Source: Alphaproteobacteria bacterium
GTDB lineage: Bacteria > Pseudomonadota > Alphaproteobacteria > MPNO01 > UBA830
NCBI GenBank assembly: GCA_965243135.1
Contig: OZ251539.1
Span: 3,584,001-3,648,000 of the forward strand
Direction: 5' to 3'
Length of the DNA: 64,000 bases
The first letter of the stretch is position 1, and every line of letters begins with the position of its first letter. Positions 50,170-62,123 of this stretch are shown here, in pieces. Made by a program: the position numbers and the translations under genes. Below the pieces are notes generated by a model that did no database searches, had not been told where the DNA came from, and saw only the letters and a list, made by a program, of their open reading frames with translations.

Positions 50170-52047
50170 ATGGAGAGACTCGCAGGAGCGCTCCTGCGAG
50201 TCTGCCTCGCGGCCGTTCCGCTCGCCGGGATCGGCTGGATCCTCGCGATAACCGATTACTTCGGGTTCGCCCTGACCTTTCAGCAGGCTCTCGGCGTCAT
50301 TCTCGGGTTCGCCTGCGCTTGCGCGTTTCTCAGATATCCGTATCGCGAGAGAGCGGGCGCTCTCGAGCTGGCGCTGTCCCTGACCGCCTTTCTGTGCTGG
50401 TTCTGGATGGCGTACAACTTCGAGGACTGGATCGTGACCGCGCACGAGCGCACGCCTGACAAGTGGGTGCCCGGCGCGCTCGCCCTCGTCCTGATGATGG
50501 AGGGCTTGCGCAAGGCGGCCGGCAAGGTCATCGCCGGCCTCGTCTGGGTCTTGATCCTTTACGCCTTTCTGGGGAACCACCTGCCGGGCGTACTGGAGGC
50601 GGAAGTCTTCCCGCCGACGAAGACGGTCACCTACTACTACGCGGACAACAACGGGGTGCCGGGACTCGTCCTGCAGGTCGTGGTCAACCTCGTGCTCGCG
50701 TTCATCATCTTCGGAAAGCTGATGGAGGTGAGCGGCGGCACCGCGTTCCTGAACGACATCGCCATGGGATGGATGGGGCACAGGCGGGGCGGCCCCGCGA
50801 AAGTGGCGGTGCTCGCGTCGAGCGCCTTCGGCACCATCTCCGGCTCGACCGTGGCGAACATCATGTCGACCGGCATCGTCACCATTCCGCTGATGAAACG
50901 AACGGGCTTCCGCCGGGAGTACGCCGGCGCGATCGAGGCCGTCGCCTCGAACGGAGGGCAGATCGCGCCGCCGGTGATGGGCGCGACAGCCTTCATCATC
51001 GCCGAGTTCCTCGAGATTCCCTACCAGGACGTCGTCGTCGCGGCCGCGATCCCGGCCGCCATCTATTTCCTCGTCCTTTTCCTGCAGGTCGACGCCGTGG
51101 CCCGCCGCTTCGACATAAAGGGGCTGCCCCGCTCGGAACTGCCCAACGTGCGGCGCGTTCTCAAAACCGGATGGATCTTCATCCTGCCGATCGTCGTTCT
51201 GCTTTATTTCCTGTTCTGGCTCGGATACAACCCGGGCCTTTCGGCGCTCTATTCGGCGGCGAGCCTGATCGTGCTGATGACCGTGCGCGACCGGCGGCCG
51301 CCGACCGCGGAGCACTGGAAGAACTTCGTGCTCGGCTCCGGAGAAATCCTGGTTCCGCTCATCCTGATCGGCGGCGCGGCGGGCATCATTCTCGGCGTGC
51401 TCAACTCCACCGGCCTCGCTTTTCAGCTCAGTCTGATCCTGGCCGCGATCGGCGAAAGCAACGGCGTTCTCGTCATGCTGATGCTCACCTCGCTGATCTG
51501 CATCGTGCTCGGAATGGGGATGCCCACGGCGACGGTCTATATCGTGCTCGTCTCCGTCATCGGCCCGGCCCTGATCAAGATGGGACTCGTGCCCATCGGC
51601 GCGCATCTCTTCCTGTTCTATTTCGGCCTGATCAGCATGCTCACGCCGCCGGTGGCGATCGCGTCGATGGTCGCCGCCGAGATGGCGGGCGCCAACATGT
51701 GGCGGACCGGCTTCATCGGCGTGCAGCTCGCGGCGACGGCCTATCTCCTGCCCTATCTCTGGGCGTTCAACCCCGCCCTGCTGTTCGAAGGCGGCCTCTT
51801 CGCCATCGTCTGCGCCGTGACGACCGCGGCGACGGCCGGCCTGCTGCTCGCGCATTCCCTGACGGTATTCGGGAACGGCGGCGTTATCGGCTGGACGTCG
51901 TCCGCCGCGATGTACGCCGCCTGCATCGTCGTCGGATCCTCCACCGTCTGGCTGGGAGCCGACTCTCCGTTCACGCTAGCCGTGGCCGCCGCCGGTTGCG
52001 TCGTCGTCCATCTCGTGTTGCGGCGCGCGCGGTCGGCGCCTTCCTGA
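50170..52047 (+). CDS. TRAP fused 4TM/12TM permease (TAXI type)
   Basis: GGPAKVAVLAS, GSTVANI, EAVASNGGQIAPPVMGA, LGMGMPT, LTPPVAIA. Confidence 0.92.
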   Translation: MERLAGALLRVCLAAVPLAGIGWILAITDYFGFALTFQQALGVILGFACACAFLRYPYRERAGALELALSLTAFLCWFWMAYNFEDWIVTAHERTPDKWVPGALALVLMMEGLRKAAGKVIAGLVWVLILYAFLGNHLPGVLEAEVFPPTKTVTYYYADNNGVPGLVLQVVVNLVLAFIIFGKLMEVSGGTAFLNDIAMGWMGHRRGGPAKVAVLASSAFGTISGSTVANIMSTGIVTIPLMKRTGFRREYAGAIEAVASNGGQIAPPVMGATAFIIAEFLEIPYQDVVVAAAIPAAIYFLVLFLQVDAVARRFDIKGLPRSELPNVRRVLKTGWIFILPIVVLLYFLFWLGYNPGLSALYSAASLIVLMTVRDRRPPTAEHWKNFVLGSGEILVPLILIGGAAGIILGVLNSTGLAFQLSLILAAIGESNGVLVMLMLTSLICIVLGMGMPTATVYIVLVSVIGPALIKMGLVPIGAHLFLFYFGLISMLTPPVAIASMVAAEMAGANMWRTGFIGVQLAATAYLLPYLWAFNPALLFEGGLFAIVCAVTTAATAGLLLAHSLTVFGNGGVIGWTSSAAMYAACIVVGSSTVWLGADSPFTLAVAAAGCVVVHLVLRRARSAPS

Positions 52048-52065
52048 GCGGCCGGCGCGCGGAAA

Positions 52066-52092
52066 ACGGACGCGCCGCCCCGGCGCGTCCGT
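52066..52092. terminator. hairpin between convergent genes
   Basis: ACGGACGCGCCG-CCC-CGGCGCGTCCGT, 12-bp perfect stem; upstream AAAA gives a U-tract on the minus strand. Confidence 0.6.
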
Positions 52093-52667
52093 CAGCTTCC
52101 GGGCATCAGGTCGGCGACGTCGACTCCTTCGCCCACGCGGTGAAGCGGCCGGCCGGAATCGGCGACGGCGACAATCACGACGATTTCGTCCGACCGCGGC
52201 GCGTCGGGCAGCGAGACTTCCATCGCGTCGAAGTGCGAGAACGTCCACATTTCCGCCTTGTGGTGCAGCGGACAGTCGATCGCGGCGCCGGGACCCGCGA
52301 CCTTCGCGGCGGACGGGATGATGGAAGGAGCCGGGCCCATGACGGCGCGCAACGGCTTCCCCAGCGTCGGATGCAGAACGGCGGCCGCATGCTCCCTTTC
52401 GCCGCTCTCGCCGACGATGGCGGCCTTGCCGAAGCTTTCGACCCGGCCGGCTTCGACGCCGAGCGCCTCCATCGCCTTGCGTCCGAGCAGGTCGCCGAGC
52501 TCCGCTCCCGCCGCCTCGAGTTCTTCGAGATCCCTGGAGTACCGGCCGGCATAGGGGTTTCGCATCACCGCGACAGCGGCGCACTGCCGTGTCGGCGGAT
52601 CGACCGCCTCGCCCTGTTCCGTTCGCACTTCCTCCACCACGGTGACGATTTTCCTGATTTCCGGCAT
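52092..52667 (-). CDS. amino acid synthesis family protein (DUF1185)
   Basis: IRKIVTVVEE, NPYAGRY..DL, ESFGKAAIVG..GEREH, SHFDAMEV..DAPRSDEI. Confidence 0.88.
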   Translation of the reverse strand: MPEIRKIVTVVEEVRTEQGEAVDPPTRQCAAVAVMRNPYAGRYSRDLEELEAAGAELGDLLGRKAMEALGVEAGRVESFGKAAIVGESGEREHAAAVLHPTLGKPLRAVMGPAPSIIPSAAKVAGPGAAIDCPLHHKAEMWTFSHFDAMEVSLPDAPRSDEIVVIVAVADSGRPLHRVGEGVDVADLMPGS

Positions 52668-53068
52668 GGGAACCTCCCTTCTCGATCGCCCTCCGTGCGG
52701 AGCGCGTTCACGCAGTATCGCACCGTCGTCCGGGGGCGACGAGTCGGACTCGACCGGAGCCCGCCTCGCGTCGTTCGACAAGGCCCGGACGAAACGGCCG
52801 TCGGCCCAGCGAGCTGCCGTATGCCCGCGCATTTCGGCTATCGCTTCAGAAAACGCAACGGATCCGTCCGTTTGGGTATGAACTCCGCATTGCCAAGTCG
52901 CTTCCGATAATGCTAACTTTAAGTGTTCTCTCTCCAAATGTTGTGGGGTGACCGTACCAACACGATGCTGCCGGGGAGGAACACGCCGGAGCTGATGGAA
53001 GATTGCATTGGCGCCTGCGAGAATATGCTCCAAGTGACTTTGATGAATTCTGGGGACCGTGACAAGGA

Positions 53069-54670
53069 ATGGCGATGAAGAAGCCTGCCGACACCGCGCC
53101 GGAATCTTCGGCACACAGGTCACACAGGTCACACAGGTCACACAGGTCACACCCAGACGTTCGCATCGACGTCGAGAATTTCGGCCCCATCGAAAAGGGG
53201 CAAATAGACCTTCGCCCCCTGACGGTATTCATCGGTCCCAGCAACACCGGCAAAACATATTTCGCCGTTCTCATATACGCCTTGCACCGAGTTCTCCAAG
53301 GGTTTCACAGATTCCCCATCCAAGGCAACTATCCATTTCTTCTAGAAGACGATTTCGACATTTCAAACGATGAATTTTTGCGCATTGTGCTCAAGCTTAT
53401 GAACGATGGACAATCATTTCATTTTTCCGACCTTCCGAAAAGTCTTGCGAACAGCATAAGTTCCGCATCCGGCAATCCTGATCTTTTGCAAAAAGAACTA
53501 ATAAATGAGTTATGTAGGTGTTTCAATGCCGATTCATTTAACGCTCTTTCAAGAGTCGGGCGATCACCCGTAGAAACAAAGATTTCCCTGATCGTCAAGG
53601 AAAAAGAAAAGAGTCTTTGGCAGTTTTCCATGAGAAAATTCAAAGACGAATGCAGATCGAGCGGGAAAATCGAAAATATCGATATTTTCTCGAATTCACA
53701 AGATATAGGTGGTGAAAATCAGGAAGAAATAATGCGCCTTTTTTTCCGGATTCTGATCAACGGAAGGCCGAGCGATACAGCAAAAGAATCATATAATCGC
53801 ATCAAGACAATCGTGGGGCTTCTATCCAGCTCGACGCCTCCGAGAATCCAAAAACAGTATTATCTTCCCGCATCCAGAAGCGGCATCATGCTATGCCACA
53901 GAAATATCGCAACTACCTTGCTGTCGCGGTCCTCCGAAGCGGGTCTCTTTCCCGAATTTCCCGGCATAGTTGCCGATTTTCTGCAACATCTAATCCTTCA
54001 GGAGGACGATCCAACTCCTCGAACGGGCGTTCCGGACCAGGAAATACAGGAAAAACCCGCTGAAGATCTCGCCGATTACCTGGAACGGGAGATGTTGGGC
54101 GGGCGAATAGAAGTCATTCGCTCGCGCCCGCACGAATTTCCGCATTTCGCTTACCGATTTCATGACACGGATCACGGCATCCGCTTGAACATGGCGTCAT
54201 CTATGGTTTCGGAACTGGCGCCGATCGTTCTTTTTCTTCGCCGTTGCGTCGTAAAAGGCGACATGCTCGTTATCGAGGAGCCGGAAGCTCATCTGCATCC
54301 GGCAGCCCAAGCTGACTTGGCAACGCTTCTGGTTCGGCTCATTCACCGCGGAATTAGGGTGTTGATTACGACGCACAGCGAGTGGTTGCTGCAAGCCCTT
54401 GGAAACCTTATGTTCGAAGGAAAAATAAAGGAAAAATCGGAAGAAAGAGGAGCGGGATTTTCTAATTCTCTAACTCCGAAAGACATTGGAATATGGCTTT
54501 TCGACAAAGAGGATGGAGATCAGGGAACGGTGGTGAAAGAAGTGAATCTGGATCCATACCGAGGAATTGAAACGCCGGATTACGAAAAAGTATCGGATGC
54601 GCTATACGGCCGTACCGCGGCGCTTCAAAATCTTCTGGAGTTCCTTGATGACGATTTCGAAAAGGAATAG
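53069..54670 (+). CDS. AAA_21/ABC-type ATPase
   Basis: ENFGPI, FIGPSNTGKTY, ASSMVSELAP, IEEPEAHLHPAAQ, ITTHSEW; AT-rich. Confidence 0.9.
   Translation: MAMKKPADTAPESSAHRSHRSHRSHRSHPDVRIDVENFGPIEKGQIDLRPLTVFIGPSNTGKTYFAVLIYALHRVLQGFHRFPIQGNYPFLLEDDFDISNDEFLRIVLKLMNDGQSFHFSDLPKSLANSISSASGNPDLLQKELINELCRCFNADSFNALSRVGRSPVETKISLIVKEKEKSLWQFSMRKFKDECRSSGKIENIDIFSNSQDIGGENQEEIMRLFFRILINGRPSDTAKESYNRIKTIVGLLSSSTPPRIQKQYYLPASRSGIMLCHRNIATTLLSRSSEAGLFPEFPGIVADFLQHLILQEDDPTPRTGVPDQEIQEKPAEDLADYLEREMLGGRIEVIRSRPHEFPHFAYRFHDTDHGIRLNMASSMVSELAPIVLFLRRCVVKGDMLVIEEPEAHLHPAAQADLATLLVRLIHRGIRVLITTHSEWLLQALGNLMFEGKIKEKSEERGAGFSNSLTPKDIGIWLFDKEDGDQGTVVKEVNLDPYRGIETPDYEKVSDALYGRTAALQNLLEFLDDDFEKE
53112..53152 (+). 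repeat. 9-bp tandem repeat (CACACAGGT) x4.5
   Basis: Seen directly; encodes HRS repeats in the ATPase N-terminus. Confidence 0.95.
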
Positions 54671-55166
54671 TAGGCATATTTTGGATGACGTTCGATCGTC
54701 GATCGGCAGGGAAAACTTGGCATCGTCATGCAGCCGGGATGGATGCCGCGTGCATTTGGACAAGATCGCCGGCGATCGGGTGATCGCGGATATGGACCTT
54801 GCCTTTGATGCGCATCAAATGAACGGTCAGCGATGCGATTTTGTTTTCTATACCGTCGGTTTGAACGGATATCTTCTTGCGCTTCCTATGGAACTCAAGA
54901 GCGGAGATGTCAGAGCTTCGGACGTTCTTATGCAACTCCAAGGAGGTGTAGATTTCGTGAAATCCGTTACGCCGCAGGCCGTTTGTCATCCTGTTTTGTT
55001 TCACGGAGGATCCCTGAGAAAGCCAGAACACGTTGCTCTTCGGAAACGGAAGTTTCCCGTCAATGAACATCGTATTTCCGTTACTGTGGCCCGATGCGAT
55101 CACGGTGGAAATTTGGCGCAGTGCCTGAAGATCATTGAGGGCCGGGTTTCAAAATTTTTGAACTAA
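54648..55166 (+). CDS. putative PD-(D/E)XK nuclease-like partner of the ATPase
   Basis: Overlaps the ATPase 3' end; RCDFVF...MELKSG....QLQGG pattern. Confidence 0.6.
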   Translation: MTISKRNSRHILDDVRSSIGRENLASSCSRDGCRVHLDKIAGDRVIADMDLAFDAHQMNGQRCDFVFYTVGLNGYLLALPMELKSGDVRASDVLMQLQGGVDFVKSVTPQAVCHPVLFHGGSLRKPEHVALRKRKFPVNEHRISVTVARCDHGGNLAQCLKIIEGRVSKFLN

Positions 55167-55174
55167 CCTGTTCT

Positions 55175-55429
55175 ATGGATATCGTCCCTCCAGATGTTGC
55201 GGTCCGTGATACTATGTCACAACCTCTCCGGGGAGGAGGCGTCCACGGAGTTGACAGGGGAAAATTTTTCGATAGCGTCACTAATGGCTGGATCGATTAT
55301 TCGCAAAATCGTGTCTTGGTGGAGCTGTTTTTTTTGCGCTCTCGTTTCATCCAATATTGGTCGCAGAGCTGTACTGAAGAAGACCAAGACATCGACCTTC
55401 TGAAACGACGTGCGGAAATCTCGCGATGA
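55175..55429 (+). pseudogene. short or truncated ORF coupled to the MTase (possible restriction endonuclease remnant)
   Basis: Stop overlaps the MTase ATG (ATGA 55426-55429); no recognisable motif. Confidence 0.35.
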
Positions 55430-56556
55430 CGACTTTGCCGCTATTTGAAGACATCGTGAATGCGCTGCCGACGGAAGGGATAAAGTACGCCGGTTCGAAA
55501 CTCAAGCTTCTGCCCTGCATTCTCGATCTGGCGCGACAAACGCACGCGAGAAGCGTCCTCGACGGGTTTTCCGGGTCGACCCGGGTTTCTCAAGCGTTCG
55601 CCAAATCGGGTTATCGAGTCGTCAGCAACGATATTGCTGTCTGGTCGGAAGTTCTCGGGACTTGCTATCTTGGGAACCGCGAACCGGGAGATCGCTATTC
55701 GAGACTGATTCATGGCTTGAATGACGTGCCGCCGAAAGACGGCTGGTTTACGGAACATTACGGCGGAGAGCCGAATGGCGGCGTGGCCGTCGACGATGAC
55801 GGCTTCAAGAAACCCTGGCAGATTCACAACGCTCGTAAACTGGACGGGATCCGCGAGGAAATCGACAACCTTTCCTTGTCTCCCGTCGAAAAAGCGGTTG
55901 CTTTGACGAGCTTGATATTGGGCTTGGACCGCGTGGACAGCACACTTGGCCATCATGTTTCGTACCTTAGATGCTGGTCTCCTCGATCGTATAACGAATT
56001 GCGCCTCGAAGTGCCGAAGTTGTTTATTTCCAACTCGGGAAACGAGGTCGTTCGAGGAAACGTGTTCGACATTGTCGATCGCAAGGTCGACCTTGCGTAT
56101 TTCGATCCGCCGTACGGATCGAACAACGAAAAAATGCCGCCGTCGCGAGTTCGATACGCGTCGTACTATCATCTGTGGACCACCGTTTGTCTGAACGATA
56201 AGCCGGAATTGTTCGGCAAATCGATGCGCAGGAAGGATACGTCGGATACCGTCGCGGCATCCGAGTTTGAAGAATTCAAGAGGAATCCTCGCTCGGGCCG
56301 GTTCCTGGCGGTCGAAGCGGTGGAGCGGTTGATCCGGTCTGCGGCGGCGCGTTGGGTGATTCTATCGTACAGTTCCGGCGGTCGCGCCACCGCGGACGAA
56401 CTGGACGGCATTCTGTCCGCGAACGGCAAGATCGTCGAAATTCTCGAGATTGACTACAAGCGCAACGTCATGGCGGGAATGAAATGGACCGATGAATGGG
56501 TGCGCGACGCGGAAATTCCCAATAGGGAATTCCTGTTCCTGATTGACAGGGGATGA
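55426..56556 (+). CDS. DNA adenine methyltransferase (D12/Dam-like class)
   Basis: IKYAGSKLKLL, VLDGFSGSTRVS (motif I), YFDPPY (motif IV), ILSYS. Confidence 0.9.
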   Translation: MTTLPLFEDIVNALPTEGIKYAGSKLKLLPCILDLARQTHARSVLDGFSGSTRVSQAFAKSGYRVVSNDIAVWSEVLGTCYLGNREPGDRYSRLIHGLNDVPPKDGWFTEHYGGEPNGGVAVDDDGFKKPWQIHNARKLDGIREEIDNLSLSPVEKAVALTSLILGLDRVDSTLGHHVSYLRCWSPRSYNELRLEVPKLFISNSGNEVVRGNVFDIVDRKVDLAYFDPPYGSNNEKMPPSRVRYASYYHLWTTVCLNDKPELFGKSMRRKDTSDTVAASEFEEFKRNPRSGRFLAVEAVERLIRSAAARWVILSYSSGGRATADELDGILSANGKIVEILEIDYKRNVMAGMKWTDEWVRDAEIPNREFLFLIDRG

Positions 56557-56602
56557 GCGCGGCGCGCCGGCCGGTTGGCGGACGCGGTCGGGTTTCGGGC
56601 GG

Positions 56603-56628
56603 GCGGCGTTCCGCGCCGCTTTTTCTTT
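56603..56628 (+). terminator. Rho-independent terminator after the MTase
   Basis: GCGGCG-TTCCG-CGCCGC followed by TTTTTCTTT. Confidence 0.6.
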
Positions 56629-56643
56629 GCCGGCCGCGGATCC

Positions 56644-57468
56644 CTAACGGCCCCACCAATAGATGCAGCAGAACAGGAATAGCCACACCACGTCCACGAA
56701 ATGCCAGTACCAGGCCGCCGCCTCGAACCCGAAATGATGGTCGGGCCGGAAATGCCCCGCGCGGGCGCGGAAGAAGCAGACGATCAGGAAGATCGTGCCG
56801 ACCAGCACGTGAAACCCGTGGAAGCCGGTCGCCATGAAGAAGGTCGACGGATAAATTCCTTCGCGGAATCCGAACGCCGCGTGGGTGTACTCGTAAACCT
56901 GAACGCCGGTGAAGCAGATGCCCAGGAAGATCGTGAGGCCCAGCCCCTGCAGCATGTGCTTGCGGTCGCCTTCGCGCAACGCGTGGTGCGCCCAGGTGAC
57001 GGTCACGCCCGACATCAGAAGGATGAGCGTGTTGAGAAAGGGCAGATCCCAGGTGTCGAAGGTCTGCACGCCGGGCGGCGGCCACTGCCCCTCGATCTGC
57101 GCCGGAGGAAACAGCGCCGCGTTGAAATAGGCCCAGAACCACGCCACGAAGAACATGACCTCGGAGGCGATGAAAAGCGCCATGCCGTAACGCAATCCGA
57201 TCTGAACCACCGGATTGTGGTAGCCTTCGTATTCGGCTTCCCGGATGACGTCCCAGAACCAGCCGGCCATCGTTCCGAGGATCCCGGCGAAGCCCAGAAT
57301 GAGGACCCAGGACACGCCCTCGTGCATGTAGAGCACGGCGCCCACCGTAAGAACGAGCGCCGAAACCGCGCCGATCGCCGGCCAGGGGCTGGGGTCGACC
57401 AGATGATAGGGGTGCTTGTGGCCGTGAAAGTCGGCGGCGCTGGTGCCGGAATCCGCTGGCGGTGCCAT
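56644..57468 (-). CDS. coxC: cytochrome c oxidase subunit III
   Basis: HPYHLVDPSPWP, LFIASEVMFF, TGFHGFHV, AAWYWHFVDVVWLFL. Confidence 0.96.
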   Translation of the reverse strand: MAPPADSGTSAADFHGHKHPYHLVDPSPWPAIGAVSALVLTVGAVLYMHEGVSWVLILGFAGILGTMAGWFWDVIREAEYEGYHNPVVQIGLRYGMALFIASEVMFFVAWFWAYFNAALFPPAQIEGQWPPPGVQTFDTWDLPFLNTLILLMSGVTVTWAHHALREGDRKHMLQGLGLTIFLGICFTGVQVYEYTHAAFGFREGIYPSTFFMATGFHGFHVLVGTIFLIVCFFRARAGHFRPDHHFGFEAAAWYWHFVDVVWLFLFCCIYWWGR

Positions 57469-57486
57469 CTGCTGACGCTCCGTTGT

Positions 57487-58056
57487 TTAACTGTCGGCGG
57501 AAGCCTGCGCCGCGGACGGGCCGGCCTCCTCCTCGCTGCGAAAGAACGTGTAGGAAAGCGTGATCGTCGTCACGTCGTCCAGGCCCGGGTCCTCGGCGAT
57601 GGCCGGATCGATGAAAAAGGCGACCGGCATGTCCGCTGACGCTCCCGCTTCGAGCCGCTGCTCGGTAAAGCAGAAGCATTCGATCTTGTTGAAGTACAGC
57701 CCCGCTTTCAGCGGCGTGACGTTGAACGTGGCGGTGCCCGCGACGACGGACTTGGAGATGTTGCGCGCCCGGTAGAACGCAAGCGCCTGCTCGCCGACGC
57801 GGATGTCGACGTCGCCCTGGGACGGCGCGAAGCTCCACGGCAGGTCCGGAGCCACGTCGGCGTTGAACCGGACCGTGATCCGGCGATCCAGAATTCGCGC
57901 GGGCGCCGCGTCCGCGACCTGCGTGGTTCCGCCGTATCCCGTGACCTGGCAGAATATCCTGTACAGCGGCGCGGCGGCGAAGGCCGCGGCCGTCATGCAC
58001 CCGGCCGCGGCGAGGGCGACGAGGAAGGTGCGGCGGTTGCGGGTCGCGGCCGCCAT
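57487..58056 (-). CDS. ctaG: cytochrome c oxidase assembly protein Cox11/CtaG
   Basis: PLYRIFCQVTGYGGT, YFNKIECFCF. Confidence 0.95.
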   Translation of the reverse strand: MAAATRNRRTFLVALAAAGCMTAAAFAAAPLYRIFCQVTGYGGTTQVADAAPARILDRRITVRFNADVAPDLPWSFAPSQGDVDIRVGEQALAFYRARNISKSVVAGTATFNVTPLKAGLYFNKIECFCFTEQRLEAGASADMPVAFFIDPAIAEDPGLDDVTTITLSYTFFRSEEEAGPSAAQASADS

Positions 58057-58057
58057 G

Positions 58058-58180
58058 TCAGCTCCCCGCGCCCATGCGGACGACGGACATCACGTAGAAC
58101 AGGGCCGCAAGCGCGAAGATGACCGCGGCCAGGGCGATATTGCGGCCGCGCCGCCTGCGATGCATCTCCGAACGAGCCAT
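58058..58180 (-). CDS. small CoxF-like membrane protein
   Basis: MARSEMHRRRRGRNIALAAVIFALAALFYVMSVVRMG, between ctaB and ctaG. Confidence 0.7.
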   Translation of the reverse strand: MARSEMHRRRRGRNIALAAVIFALAALFYVMSVVRMGAGS

Positions 58181-59082
58181 CACCCCCGCCCGACCGCGCT
58201 GTCGACGATAAGGCCGGCGAACAGCAGGAAAAGGTAAAGGATGGAAAAGCCGAACATGCGGCGCGCCGCGCGCTCCGACTCGTCCCGCCGCAGGCCGATC
58301 GCCAGCCGCAGGAAGACGATGCCGAGCGCCAGGGCGAGCAGCCCCCACGCGCCGCTCGCCGTCCCGACCCACCACGGAACGAGGGACACCGGGAGCAGCA
58401 GCGCCGTATAGAGGAGGATCTGGCGGCGCGTCTCGCGGTCGCCCGCCACCACCGGCAGCATCGGCACGCCGGCCCGCGCGTATTCGTCGCGCCTGTAGAG
58501 CGACAGCGCCCAGAAATGCGGCGGCGTCCACATGAAGATCAGCGCGAACAGCGCGACCGCGCCCGCCCCGACCTCGCCGGTGACCGCCGCCCAGCCGATC
58601 ATCGGCGGAAACGCTCCGGCCGCGCCGCCGATCACGATGTTCCACGCGGTGCGCCGCTTGAGCCAGATCGTGTAGACGAACACGTAGAAGCCGATGGCGA
58701 GCGCCAGAAGGGCGGCGGCGGTCCAGTTGACGCCGAGCGCCATCACCATGACGGACGCGCCGGCGAGAATCACGCCGAACGGCAGCGCGGCTTCGGGCCG
58801 CATGCGGCCGGCGGGCAGAGGCCGGTTGCGGGTGCGCTCCATCCTCGCGTCGATGTCGCGTTCGAACCACATGTTGATCGCGCCCGACGCGCCCGCGGCC
58901 ACCGCGATGGCCAGCACCGCGACGGCCGCGATCACCGGATGGATCCCGCCCGGCGCCGCGACGACGCCGGCGGCGCCCGTGAACGCGACGAGGGACATCA
59001 CCCGCGGTTTGAGCAGGGCGAAGAAATCCGCCACCGCGGCTTCCTGCCGCAGGACGGCCCCCGTTCCGCCGACTCCGGTCAT
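58180..59082 (-). CDS. ctaB: heme o synthase (protoheme IX farnesyltransferase)
   Basis: LLKPRVMSL, DIDARMERTRNRPL, NIVIGGAAGAFPP, WTPPHFWAL. Confidence 0.95.
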   Translation of the reverse strand: MTGVGGTGAVLRQEAAVADFFALLKPRVMSLVAFTGAAGVVAAPGGIHPVIAAVAVLAIAVAAGASGAINMWFERDIDARMERTRNRPLPAGRMRPEAALPFGVILAGASVMVMALGVNWTAAALLALAIGFYVFVYTIWLKRRTAWNIVIGGAAGAFPPMIGWAAVTGEVGAGAVALFALIFMWTPPHFWALSLYRRDEYARAGVPMLPVVAGDRETRRQILLYTALLLPVSLVPWWVGTASGAWGLLALALGIVFLRLAIGLRRDESERAARRMFGFSILYLFLLFAGLIVDSAVGRG

Positions 59083-59098
59083 CTCCGCCGCCGCTCCG

Positions 59099-61551
<2,453 letters not shown>

Positions 61552-61804
61552 CGTGTCTGATCCTGATTCGTCTGCGCCGCCGCTGTCGTCCGACCCGTCG
61601 AACCAGCGTGCCGGAAATCGAACTCCAAAAACGAAAATAACCTATTTCGATGCCCGTATACAAGACGGACGCGTCGCCGCGGGGCGGACGGCGAACCCGG
61701 CCCCGCCGCCGCGGCGCGCGGCGCGGCGAAGCGGGACCGCCGCGATCGACGCCGGACCGGCCCGCGCCCCGAAAATCGCGCGGCCGGCCGGCGGCCTCGG
61801 ACAA

Positions 61805-61833
61805 TTGACATTCGCGGCGCGAGGCGTCATTTT
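61805..61833 (+). promoter_or_regulatory. sigma70-type promoter of tRNA-Leu
   Basis: TTGACA (61805), 17-nt spacer, CATTTT, ending 13 nt before the tRNA. Confidence 0.6.
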
Positions 61834-61846
61834 ACCCGCAACGGAC

Positions 61847-61933
61847 GCCCAGGTGGCGGAATTGGTAGACGCGCAGGTTTCAGGTACCTGTGGCCGCAAG
61901 GTCGTGGAAGTTCGAGTCTTCTCCTGGGCACCA
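61847..61933 (+). tRNA. tRNA-Leu(CAG)
   Basis: GCCCAGG acceptor stem, CAGGT-TTCAGGT-ACCTG anticodon arm, long variable arm, GTTCGAGT T-loop, encoded CCA. Confidence 0.96.
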
Positions 61934-62123
61934 GGCTCCGGCGGTTTTTTCCGGCGCCCCGCCGGTCGTCTTTTCGGCGAGCGTCCGGACCGCGCCTCCG
62001 ACGGGAGAGCGGACAGCCGGCGCCGTTCGGCGCGTTCCCGCGGAACCTCCCGCTTTGCCGGCGGCGGAAGGCGGCTCGGCGTCGTCCGTCGGATTTCAGG
62101 GGCCAGGGTCTGCGGAGCCCGCC

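Noticed and set aside
61847-61933. tRNA-Leu as island integration site
   Set aside because: Flanked by core genes; I saw no duplicated 3' end or integrase in the window.
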